Part shown: positions 15,201 to 28,798 of the stretch, in pieces
Position numbering within the stretch: position 1 is the stretch's first letter
Layout: the number at the start of each line of letters is the position of its first letter
Assembly (NCBI GenBank): GCA_039096225.1
Contig: JBBPEB010000015.1
Span: forward strand, 1,922,001-1,986,000
Length of the DNA stretch: 64,000 bases
Source: Blastocystis sp. Blastoise
Taxonomy: Eukaryota > Protista > Bigyra: Opalinata
Direction: 5' to 3'
Notes under the pieces: model-generated
What the model was told of the DNA's origin: nothing
Databases searched by the model: none
What the model saw: the letters and a program-made list of their open reading frames with translations, nothing else
Position numbers and translations under genes: made by a program

Positions 15201-16718
15201 TATATTTAGGTATATTATTATGTTTATTATTATTATGTTAAGTATTATTATTATGTTTATTATGTTTATTATATTTATTATATTTATTATATTTATTATG
15301 TTTATTATGTTTATTATATTTATTATGTTTATTATGTTTATTATAGACAATTACGTGATAAGTCTAGTCTTGGTTTAATGCTTGATTTAGATGATCAAAA
15401 TAGTCTTCAACAAGCCACAGGTATATTATTATGTTATATTTAGTATATTTATTATTGTTATTATATTTATTATGTTTATTATTATATAGAATTTGGCAAG
15501 ACTATGGAATATGGTGAAAAATTACAATATATATATCAATTAACTGGTTATGGTGATAATGTCTATTGTGAAGCTTTTGTTTATATGCAAGAATTTGATA
15601 TTGTATATATATATATATTACTATTATTTTTATTTTATTTTTATAATCATAATTATTCAATATATATATAAAATATAAAAATATATATATATATATATAG
15701 ATTATGGAGATTACCTGTACTAATAAATCCTCTCAAACTTTGAATGATTTTAATATAGAATTATCAGCTACAAAGAGTTTAAAGATTGTTGAGAAACCTA
15801 GTACTATGACTGTTGATGGTAATGAAACTGTATATACTAGATGTATTATTAAAGTAAATAGTACAGAAACTGGTGTTATCTTTGGATCTATTACTTATTC
15901 TTATTCTAATAATGCTCAACGTGAAGTTATTAATATGAATCAAATTCAAATTTCACTTATGGATTATATTAAACCTGCTTATTGGTATATATTTTAAATA
16001 ATTATTATAAATAGAATATATTTTAAATAATTATTATAAATAGAATATATTTTAAATAATTATTATAAATAGAATATATTTTAAATAATTATTATTATAT
16101 AATAATTATTATTTTATATAGTAATGATGAAGATTTCCGTACAATGTGGAGTCAATTTGAATGGGAAAATAAAGTGAATGTCAATACAGATATACAAGAT
16201 TTATATACTTTTGTGAATAATATATGTAAAATTACTCATATGAAATGTTTAACTGATTTATCTATGTATATTCCTAAAGAAACAAAAGAAGGGCAAAATA
16301 ATAATAATGAAAATAGTACTTCTCAAGAAGAAACATTAGATTCCAATGAATGTCTTTTCTTAGCTGCTAATTTATATATATCCTTTTTTTAATTCTATTT
16401 TTATTATTATTTATTTATAATTATTATTTATTAATAAATATTACCTATTAATAACTATTTTTTATCCTAAAAAAATCTATTTATATTCTTCTTAATCTAT
16501 ATTTACGCTAAATCTATGTTTGGTGAAGATGCTTTACTTAATATTTCAGTAGAAAAACAAGAAGATGGAAAAATTCAAGGGTATATATAGAATTATCTAT
16601 TAATAAATATATCTAATTATATATATATAGTTTCTATCGTATTCGTTCTAAGACTCAAGGTATTGCTCTTTCTCTTGGAGATCGTATTAATACACTTCAA
16701 AAGAATATTTATAATTAA
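12284..16718 (+). CDS. COPB1: Coatomer subunit beta (COPI), ~15 exons including one AT-AC intron
   Basis: [16 protein letters not shown]; [11 protein letters not shown]; [11 protein letters not shown]; [13 protein letters not shown]; [14 protein letters not shown]; [17 protein letters not shown]; [17 protein letters not shown]. Stop at 16716-16718. Confidence 0.97.
15985..16100 (+). repeat. 31-bp intronic tandem repeat (~3.5 copies)
   Basis: tattttaaataattattataaatagaatata repeated inside a COPB intron. Confidence 0.85.
16378..16506 (+). other. AT-AC (U12-type) intron in COPB
   Basis: TAT|ATATCCTTTTT...TTCTTAATCTATATTTAC|GCT AAA. Removal restores the conserved [11 protein letters not shown]. 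Consensus ATATCCTT donor, branch-like TTCTTAAT ~10 nt upstream of AC. Confidence 0.93.
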
Positions 16719-17326
16719 AAAGATATATATATAATATTTATATATATTATTATTATTTCATTTCGTATTCAATCCTATTATTAATTAGTAAATTCTCAAT
16801 GATTATAATTTTATTTTGTTTTTAATACTTTCAATATCTTCTCAGCAGGTCATCATGAACATAATTATGACCACATTTAAATATATAATTACATCTTTTT
16901 ATTCTTATTCAATTATATCTTTATTCAATATATACGCTATGTGATATAACAACCAAATAAATGCTTTCTAGAATCTATAGCTTACTTTTTTTCAAATATT
17001 TACTATTCAACTTGATTCAGATTTATTCAGTTTTTTTTATTTGCCCTGAAATACCGAGAGAATGGTCATTTACTCTCCATAAAAAAAGAATACAAAAAAG
17101 AACAAATACTAAAAGTAATATGATTGGTTTTCGTCGGGTTTTTAACAAATACAAATGAAGAGGTAGTCAGATTTTCCCTTTAAAGCCGAGTGAAAGAATT
17201 TAATTGCCATATTATACTGGATTTCCATGATTATTTTAAAATAGAAAAAACAAACTTATTTAAAGAATACCATCAGTAGATAAATTTAATTTGCTTCTTA
17301 ATTCTTTTTAAAAGAAGTTAGAGAGA

Positions 17327-20300
17327 ATGAATTCTATTTTAAAATGTATATTTCTCGCTATAGCGTTCTAGTTTTTTATAGTTTTATTCTTTATTCTCTT
17401 CCTCAATCAAATTCTTGCTCAAGATGGTTTTTCCTTTGTCGATGATATGCAAGATCGTAGATTAGATGTCGAGAGATCTACAACTGCTTCTCAGAGTGCT
17501 ACTGATTCAAAATATTATTGTCCTGTCGATGGTATTTGGCCTTTAACTTATAGAAATGAGACTGTTACTAAGTCTTGTGGTGACCCACGATATGTATATG
17601 GTACAGTAACAAGAAAATGTTCTGATATAGTGAATCCTACTTGGGAATTAGTTGAAGAAAATTGTTTCCATTATAAATGTCCTGCTGCTTGTACAAATTC
17701 TTCTTGTTGGCCTGAAACTAATGTATATACTTATGTTCAAGTTCCTTGTACTGGTTTACCTGGATATTTAACTCGTTTTTGTAATGGTGATGAAACTTGG
17801 GGAACAATAGAAGAACAATGTGTTTCTTCTTATTGTAATGCTGTTATTGAAGATAATGTCTATTGGCCTGTAACTCCTAGTGGTTCTACACGTACAGTAT
17901 CTTGTGGTGATAATTATGAAGGTACTTTACAAAGAACATGTATAAATAAAGAATGGAGTGCTATTGTTAATACTTGTCAAATCATTCCTTTAGATATACA
18001 TATATATACTATGGAATCATCTCATTATCTTAATGTTGTTCCTGTATCTGTATTTTGTGGAAATAGAAATTGTTCAATTGATGCTAATTTTGTAGAATTA
18101 TCTAATAATGTTACTCTTGTTCGTGTTATTAATCCTCCTTCTATTGTTGAAGAGTATATATATGTTATATTGATAGTTGTTTTATTTATTATTTTATTTA
18201 TTTTATTTATTATTTTTTATTATTATTATTTTTTTTTTATTTTTTCTATTATTTATTTATTATATATATATATATTATTATTTTTTATAAATAATATAAT
18301 AAACAATATATATAGTCCTACATTATATATTGATCGTGGTACTTCAGCATTTAATATAACGTTTAAATCGGGTTTTCTTATTGATCCTACAAATAATAAT
18401 AGTCCTATATCTATGAATCCAAATACTGTTATTACTTATCATGTTCCTATACGTATACCTCCTCTTTATTATGAAGAATTTACTGAATATACTAAGAATG
18501 CAGAAGTTGAAGGATATATAGAATATGTAAATGATCCTCGTGATACTCCTCGTACTGCTGTAGCTTTACATGAAGGTGGATTAATATATAGAGAACGTAA
18601 GAATGAAGAAGAAACAGGTAAAACAATATTAAATATTGAAAGTGGTCAATATAGTTTTAGTTTATGGTTTAAGATATTAACTGTAGAACCTCAATATATA
18701 TTAACTAAACCTAATGATTATGGTAATGATTTTGCTGTTTACTTAGATGATTTTGGTACTTTAGTTGTTAGTACAGGTGATGATGAAATTCCATGTAGTC
18801 ATATTAATACTCAAATTATAGCTGTAGCTAATACTTGGTATTATGTAGGTGTTTCTTATTATAGTGATCATTTTGCTAGTGGTAAATTTATGGTTAGTGT
18901 AAATGGTCAATATTTCCAATGTTTATTTGAATCTCATTATACTCCTATGTTAACTAATACTATTAAAATTGGAGGTACTGTTGATTTAACTGTATCTCAT
19001 TTCCGATTATTTAGACATGCTGTTACAAAACAACAATTAGATTTATGGTTTAAAGAATATTCTAGACCTTCTATATATATATCTACTGCTACTCGTCAAA
19101 GTCAACGTAAAACTGTTATTAATATATCTTTTAATGAAGCTATAGCTCAATTAGATATAGAACAATTTACATTTACACCTTTCTTAGGTTCTTATGATAT
19201 ACAATATGAATGGGATTTATCTAATGAACAAACACCTAAAATTTCATTTATATTCCCTGAAACTGTTGGTACACGTTTATATATGGGTAAATTAGTATTT
19301 AATTCTGGATTTGTATTATCTAGAAGTACTTCTTTAAGTAATAATGCTTTTGAATATATATTAACATTTGAATCTTCTATTACGAATCCTACTGGTATTC
19401 CTCTTAGTGTTTCTTTAAGTCCTGATTCAGGTACTTATTCTTATAGTACTATGATTACTGCTACTTTTAATCAAGAAGTTATATTTCAACCTAATACTCT
19501 TATAACTTATTTTGATACAGAACATTCTGATTATAAGAAAACTATACCTATAGAAGATTGTATTACTACTACTACTAGTATTAAAATTAATATACCTGGT
19601 GGTATTCCTAATGGACGTAAAATAGCTTTTATATTCCCTAATGGTTTATGTACTTCTTTAGATAATACTCAAATATCTAATCAATATTCATTAACTACAA
19701 CTACTTATACTGGTTCTGTTCAATCCTTTTTAGGTTCTTTAGAATGTCTTGTAAAATCAAATACTATACGTAGTATGATTATACCTTTTAAAATTACTTA
19801 TAATAAACCTGTTGAATCTTTTGATGCTAGTAAAATTATTATTGAAAACGGTATTGCTGGAATAGCTACTATAGAAAATAATGTTGTATATTTTAATGTA
19901 TATCCTATATTTGATAATAATGAAGAAACAACTATATTAAGTGTATCTATACAAGCTGATCAAGCTCATGATAGTAGTAATAATAATATGATTACTCCTG
20001 CTATTGCTAAAAAGACATATATTATAGAAAAAGTTATACGTGAATATGTAATTACTAATAATTTTGCTGATAGTTATAGTACTACAAAGAATTGTTTATA
20101 TCATAATGCACCTGATATGTGGTCACCCAATATGTGGGGTAGTGATTCTCAAGGTAATTTATATAATTCATATATGTGGAATCCTGGTCTTCCTTCTGTT
20201 TATTGTATGAATACTGAAGATATTACTTTTACAGAAAGTATTAAGAATACTGCTATGACTATAAGTTTTTGGTATTTAACTACAGATAATACACAAAATA

Positions 20301-23300
20301 TGAATTTTATAGTAAAATATTTTGATGATCAATCTGTTGATTATATGATTCGTATGAATAATAATAAAATTGAAGTAATTACTGGTATTGAAAATGATAA
20401 TAATTATATAATTAGTACTAATGCTCCTTCTATACGTATATGGCATTTAGTTACTGTTACTATGAAAGTTATTAGTATAGATACAGTAACTGTAACTATA
20501 TATATTGATGGTGAACAAGTTATCACTGGTAATCGTTCAAAATTATTTAGAAATAATTCATTACCTTTATATATTGGTGATTCTTATTATTTACGTATTG
20601 CTTCTGTTCGTTTTTATGGTTATATTGTATCAAATAATATGATTAATATTCAATATGATGAATATAGTAGACCTAGAGTTAATTTAGAAGTATATCAAGA
20701 ACCTGATTGTGGTACATTTACGTTAAAAGCTTCAAGTAATAAACCAGTAAAAAGTATAAATCCAAAATATATATTATTACATCCTGATGATGCTGCTACT
20801 ATATATATTGAACCTTCTGATGGTCAAGGTAATTTTATATTACGTATAACACCATTAAAGAATGGTCTTATTGATATTGCTATAAAAGAAGGTGCTATAG
20901 AAGATTCATATGGTAATATATCACTTGAAAGTAATCTTATTACTGTATATGCTAAAGATTGTATTAGTCGTTATTTACCTACTTTTAATACATTAACTAG
21001 TCTTCCTTCTTTATCTCCTTCTGTACCATTTACTATTACTTTATATGTAAATAGTCCTGATTTAACTCAAGATGCTTTAACTGCTATTAATGGTTATATT
21101 ACTAATTTTAATTATGAAAATAATGTTATTAGTGGTATATTTACTATAGATACAGATTCTGTTGTAGGTACTAGTGGTTATATATTATTAAGTACTCAAT
21201 ATTGTGCTAGTATTGATGAAGAAGATTGTCGTTGGACTATATTATATAATGAAATATTTAATAAACAAATGGCTACTACTCCTGCACCTGAAAATTTTGA
21301 TACTGAATATTATCAACAATTTGTATTTGATAGTAATATTCATCCTGATTGGATTATTAATGTAGATATTAAATGTACAGATAGTGCTATATTTGGTGTT
21401 AAACAATATCCTTATTCTACAAATAATAATTATGGTTATAGTGTAGAAATTGGTGCTAATAATAATTATGCTATTAAAATACGTAGTGATACGAATACTA
21501 TACATACAGTTCTTGCTGAAAAGACTTATAGAGATGGTACTGTTTTATGTGATCCTAATGAATATATACGTTGGTTCTTTATGAGATCTGATGGTGTTTT
21601 ATCTGTTGGTAAAGGTGATTATAGAACTCAAAGTCCTATGGTTTCTTATACTATTACAAAATCACCTACATTTACACAATATATTGCTGTTTTTGGTAAT
21701 TGGAATACTATTGTTTATTATGATAATATATGGTTATCTAGATTAAATAGTCCTTCTTTATTTGGTAGTTTTGATATTAATATGGATAAAAAACCATATG
21801 TATGTGAACTTAATTTTATTAGTGATATTGATACTCCTATTACTGAAGATTCATTTAATTATACAAATCTAGAATTTTCTGATTTCCAACAAATAAATGA
21901 TCATTCTTATTCATTTAATATATTACCTATTGTTCCTGAAAATACTATTTATTATAGTAGTTCTATTACTTTACGTTCTGCTGTAACTAGTTATACTTAT
22001 CAAGATCGTATATATAAGAATAAACCAGTTAGTTGGACAGCTAGTTTAATGAATCGTGTAGATAGTCCTATTATAACTAGTTTAACTTGGAATGAACAGT
22101 TTAATAATCATACTTTACCTATTTATGTTACATTATCTTTTAATCGTGATTATACAGCTGTTGTTGAAGATTTTGTTATGGATGAAGGTGGTTCTATTGT
22201 TAATTTTATTCCTACACATAATGGTGGTATTATAGGTGTTGTTCCTATGAATTCTAATCCATTCTCTATACGTGTATTACAAGGTACAATTACAGATATT
22301 GATTATATATCTCCTGCTTGTTCTGTTACTATATATTGTAAACAACCAGATCGTCTTGTTTATTATGAATATCAACATTTTTATCCTATGTTTTCTGATT
22401 ATTGGAGAGGTTTAGAACCTGGTTCTATTGGTATTTCTTTTAGTACTATTGCACATAGTGGTATTCAAATATTCTTATCTCCTGTTTCTTTTGTAGTTAC
22501 AGGTGCTATTCGTATAGTAATAGGTAATCATTATGGATATAGTACAGCTGTTCAAAGATTAAATAGTCATGAACATTGGGAAACTATTAAAGAAATTTAT
22601 CATGGTTCACCTATTAGTAATTTTAGTCCTCATGATTTTACACTTACTTTTAGTAATAATATATTATCTGTAAATCAAATAGATAATACTATTGAACCTA
22701 TTAATTTAATGACTTATAAACATGATGATTTCTTACCTTATTATTATGCTTTCTATAGTAATGAAACGTATATTAATATATATAATATAAAAGAATTACC
22801 TATTGAAGGTGAAAAATGGATTGAAATACCTATATCTGTAAATGAAGTACATGGTGTTGAAGATTTACCTGTAATCGTTACTACTAACAATTATCCTGTT
22901 ACTATAGATGATTTTAGTTGTTATAATGGTTTTATGACACCTGGTAAAATTAATAATGAATTTTATTTTTATCCTTATGGTGAAGATGGTCGTGCTACTT
23001 TTTATTTAAATAGTCGTACATATACACGTGATAATATGTATAGTAGAGCTAGTGCTGTATATACTATATTTACTGCTCCTCGTATACGTCATTTTATATT
23101 ACCACCTATGTTATCCAATCAAATTGATATATTCCGTTATTTTAATCCTGTTTGGACTAGTATACGTTTAAATACTTTAGATTTAGAATTTAAATATGAA
23201 CCACATGATGTTAATTATGATTTACATATAGCTATGATAGAAAGTCAAGAAACAAGAGATCAAATAAGATTAGAATTAAATATATGTGGTAATTCTGAAT

Positions 23301-26300
23301 TAATATTAATGAAAAATGGTTTACGTAGTTCATTAAAAACAGGTGTTAATGTTGATTGTAATACAATTCGTAATTTTAATTTGAAAGTAACTTATTTAAC
23401 TTCTAATAAACGTGTAACAATTCGTCTTATTAATACATATACTCAACAAGTATTATTATCTTATTATTATACATCTACTGATGTTGATGCTGTTACTATA
23501 AATTATTATGCATTTAATAGTGTATCTTCTGATGCTTCTGGTACTATATTATTAAATCAAAGAATACCTCATGCTATATGTGTATCTTCTTTTTATACTT
23601 ATAGTGAATATCAAGAAATGGAAGATATGGATGTATGTATGTGTATGGAAAAATGTAAACGTACAAGTGAATATTTTGGTGTATTCCAAGGTAATCAATG
23701 TATATGTTTACCTACATATGCTTATATAGCTGGTGATCGTATAGATGATGTTAATTGTAATATACCTTGTATTAATAATAATTGTGATCAATGTGGTGGT
23801 GAACAAGCTGTTACTATTTATCCTACTACTGCTGTTTCTGAATATGATCATTTATTAGATACATTATCATTTATTAAACCAGATTTCCCTGAAGAAGGTA
23901 TAGCTACTTATAAAGCATATCATACTACTTTAGATGTTTTATTAAATAAAAATAATATGTTAAGTACATATCGTAATGAATTACCTGCTTATTATATTAC
24001 TTCATTACCTGTATTTGTATTAACTACAAGAATTATTCGTTATGATTTAGAAGGTGTTGAAGCTGCTGGTATAGCTACTTATAATAGAGCTGGTCAAAAT
24101 TTTATTACTTATTGTATGATAAGATTTGATGAAGAATATTTAGTATTATTATATAGAAGTTGGAAAGATGAAGATAAGACAGTTACTTTACCTTATTTAA
24201 GTAAAGATATAATGGAAATTATGTTAAGATATAAACGTGATAATAATGGTATATATACATGTAGTTATAAATTTGTAGATGATCCTGCTTGGATTGGTGA
24301 ATATTCTGATATTAATGATGGTAGTGTAGTTGGATATAAAACTGCATTAGTTGTTACTAGTACTACTAAGAAAGATGCACATGTTACTTTTAAAGAAATA
24401 CATTTAAGTAATAGTATAGAAACACCACGTATAACTTGGATACATAATTTAAAGAATGAAATACATAATCAATATCATATGATAGAAGCACATGTTTCTG
24501 AATATTTTAATTTAGATATACATGCTCATTATTTAGTTAAAAATTGTGAAGTAGAAAAAGTTATACCTGTTTCTGCATCAAGATATCAAATATATATACA
24601 TGTATTATCACCAGGTAATTTTAGTTTTGGTTTACCTGCTAGTACAACTTCTTCATGGTTTGGTAATAATAATAAAGTAGCTGAAACATTATATAGTGTT
24701 TATGATCCTGAACATATGCATATATGGATTATACCTGATACATTAGTATATTTACATACTAATACATATTCTGTATATTTAGCTATGAGTGAACCTATTT
24801 TCTCTATTGATTTAGATGATTTAGATTTATATAATTCTAAATTAACTGATTATATAGAAATTGATCCATTTACATTAAAATTATCTATAACTATATTAGA
24901 TTATAATAAATATGCTACTATATATTTACCACCTCAAAAAGTTATAGGTATAAGTGGTAATAGTAATTTAGGTAGTAATACATTATTAATTACACCTCAA
25001 CCATTCTGTAAAGCTGAAACTATTAATAATAATATATTTGAAGATACTCCTGTAAATACATATGCTACTATTAATTGTCCTTATGGTTATAAAGGTAGTA
25101 TTACTCGTTATTGTACTGCTGTAGCTGTTTGGAGTACTATGGTAAATACATGTATATTACAAACATGTCCTTCTATTACTACTGATTATGTTACTTATCC
25201 TGAAACTTCTTATGGTCAAACAGTTACTGTTGATAGATGTCCTGAAGGATATACAGGTTATATGACTAGAAAATGTAATTATATTAATGGTATTACTTCT
25301 TGGGCTGAACCTATTTCTCATTGTTCTTCTTCTATTACTCCTGGTGAACGTGAAATAGAAATTATAGCTCATGAATATGAAATTATTAATACAGATTTAT
25401 TATTTGAAAATGATGTTGTTATTACTATTATTAGTAATGAATTACCTCGTGGTATTATATTAGGTAATGATAATCATATAGTTACTGGTTATTTACGTGC
25501 TGAACAAGTTAAGACTGGTTATTTAGTTAAATTTAATGTAAATAATGTTGAAATACCTTATACTATATATATAACAATATTACCTACATATTGTTCATTA
25601 ACTGGTTATCCAGATACACATATAGGTGATAATTTAGATGTTGGTTGTCCTTCTAATAGTGTTGGTGAATTAGTATATAAATGTTTACGTCAATATCCTG
25701 GTTCATGGTCTACTGTTACAAATACTTGTGTTGTACAAACATGTGCTAGTTTTATAGATACTACATATAATTTAACATTCCCTGAAACAGAAGTTAGTCA
25801 AAGTGCTAGTGTATCTTGTACCTATCCACTTATAGGTACTATAACACATACATGTGTATCTAAAAATACTTGGGGTCCTGCTAAAGGTCAATGTAAACCA
25901 TTATCTTGTCCTGTTCATTATATGTTTGTAGGTACTATTTATTATGTATTCCCTGAAACATTAGCAGGTGCTATGGCTGTATTATCTTGTGGTACTGATG
26001 GTATATATAGACAATGTTATAATAATGGTACTTGGTCAGAAAGTATAGATAATCGTTGTACTATTTGTAATAATGGTGAATATAAATATCATTATGATTC
26101 AGAAGATGATAATAAATATGTTTGTGTTGAATGTCCTGCTGGTAGTGCTTGTCCTAATCAAGAAGATAAATATCAATGTCAATCACCTATGTATAGTCAT
26201 AAAGGATGGACTAAATGTGAAGAATGTGAAGGTATAGTAGAAGAAAATCGTTATGGTCCTATAGAATGTCATCCTTGTGCTGACGATGAATATTATGCTG

Positions 26301-27427
26301 AAGAACAATGTATAAAGAAAATTAATAAATGTAAAACAATGTTAGAAAATATGACTAAATGGCCTACTACTAATGTTGGTAGTACAGCTACAATGCCTTG
26401 TGAAGGTATTAATTTTGCTGGTCAATTATTAAGAGATTGTATATTAGATGAATCCGGTAATGCTCAATGGAGTGATGTTATTCGTAATGAATGTTATGGT
26501 GTTATTCCTGATCCTGGTTATGTTAATATTATTATTAACTTTGAATATCATCATGTATCTTTAAATAGTTATGATTTAGAAGCTCATTATATGGATGTAC
26601 GTTCATTTGTACAAACATTCCAATTTGATTTAAGTAAAATACGTGTTTGGAATGGTATTGAAGAAATACATAATGATCATCCTTTCTTAAATATATTCTT
26701 AATGATTTCTACTATATATAATCAACAAGATGAAGTATTTAATTTTATTCGTCAAAATTTAAATAGTCATGTAAAGAATTTAAGAGCTAATGATGAAATA
26801 GTATATAATTGGGATTTTTATATTATGATTAAAGGTAGTCCACAAATATATCAATATTATACCTATTGTCATAATCAAATATATGATACAAGTGTATCTG
26901 TTGGTGATTATTTATATTGGTCTTGTGGTAGAGATGATTTAATTGGTGAAATTAGTGCTCAATGTGCATTTAATAAGACTGTTTATTGGAAAGAAGCTAG
27001 ATATAGTGGTTGTTTATATAAATATGCTATTCAAGGACATGCTTATATTGATTATTTCTATAGAATTATGTATGCTACTGAAAATTGTTTCTATTGTGGT
27101 TTAAAGAAGAATATGTTTAGAACATTAGTACAAAATGCTGATGCAGTATTATATAGTTATGATATGCAAACATTTAAAAATGTTACTATAAATGGTCATA
27201 AAGCTACTGAATTTAGAGTACGTTATGAAATACGTGATGAAGATATTGATCGTGTTAAAGATACTATTACTCATTCTCAAAGTAATATTACTCAATCTCT
27301 TATGTCTTTTATGCCTAGTGATATTCAAGATTATATATATACTAATATACCTATAGAATTCTTAAATGTTACTCGTTATAATTTCAATTCTGATAATTCG
27401 AAGAGAAGACTCAGAATTCGTTTCTAA
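17327..27427 (+). CDS. Giant (~3300 aa) secreted mosaic protein: Cys/Trp HRM-like repeats, LamG-like, bacterial Ig-like, FAMeT-like, WSC and Cys-rich domains
   Basis: ATG 17327 plus intron 17346-17381 gives signal peptide MNSILKFLFFILFLNQILA. Second intron at 18154-18315. Repeats C....WP.T......C.....G...R.C....W at both ends. YSFSLWFK...WYYVGV and ISFWY...WHLVTVT...IYIDG are LamG-like. C..KC....YFGV..G.QC.C...C..PC......CGG is WSC-like (~23570-23830). Confidence 0.8.
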
Positions 27428-28798
27428 AGCGTTCTATTTTTAAATATTATTTTCTTGTAAATATCTTCTTTTTTATTTTTAAATATATATATATATTTTA
27501 ATAATATTCAATTTTTTTTTATTTATTATATAATATTTTTTTTTTTTTTTTTTTTTTATTTATCTAATTTTATTTAATTTTTTTTTTTTGTACATATATA
27601 TATATTCTTATATTTATTTATTTTTATGTATACTAAGTTTTTTTTCTTTTATATACATAAACTATCTATTAGACAGTTTTTACTGTTTTTTTTTTTTATT
27701 ATTAATAAAATAAATATTAATAAATATTTATTTATTTTTCATATTTATTTTTATCGTTTATTTTTCATTTTTCATTCATTATTTAAAACATATTTTTCTT
27801 TTTACTTTTTATTCTTCTTTTTTTTTAATTATTATTTATATAATTTATTTTTATTGCTATATCTTTATATATAGAAAACATATATATGTGGAAATATATA
27901 GTAACTATTATATTTTTTATTTGTTTTCATAATTATTAATTTTTTTTTATATATATTATGTTTACATGTATAAGGTAGAACTATTTCTTCTTATTTAAAT
28001 GTTTTTCCTTTTATATATATATATCTCATTATTCATCATATATTTGTATTTTTCTTCTTCTTCTTTGTATTACCTCTGTTCTATTTCCCTATTTATTTTT
28101 CTTTATTTTTCTTTATTTTGTTTTGTTTCTCTCTCTATTGCGTTCATCAACATATATATTAACATTTGTTTTATATTTATTTAATTCTCTTCTCCTTTTT
28201 TATCATATTTCATTGTTTTTATAATTCTGATTTATCTATTTCCATTTTTTTTTCTTTGTTATACCTAATTTTTTTTTCTTAAGTTTTTATTATATATTCC
28301 TTTTTTTTTTTATTTTAATTATATATTTTTTTTCTATTTTTATTTTCCTTTTTATTTGGTCTATCTCTTCGTTATAAGATCTCTATATATATATTTATTT
28401 CTCTATTGAATTCATCTATTTCCTTTCTCCTTTGTATCGATATTTCATAATGTATCGTCTACATTTTTTTGTATATTGGGCATTTTGCTCTATATATATA
28501 TATTTACATATAGTTTTGTATTTATATTAAGTATTAATAGTTTTTATATTATATAAATCATTCTATTTTTTATGTTTACTATTTTACTTACGTTGTATCT
28601 AAATTATAATAATTTTTCATTTGTTTTGTTTTTTTAAATAATGAACATGAACACATTTCATATAGATTAGTCACACTAAATATGTATTCAAAATGTCAAT
28701 ATTATTATAAGTTAATTATTCAATTTTTAACAAAACAATACAATATTAGTAGGTTCGAATAATTCTCTTCCAAGATAAAAATTGTTTGTTTAAAGCAT

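Noticed and set aside
16961-17158. Short intergenic ORFs (also 2195, 2289, 27626, 27999, 37109, 52012)
   Set aside because: Low-complexity composition, no recognisable motifs and no exon-like codon pattern.
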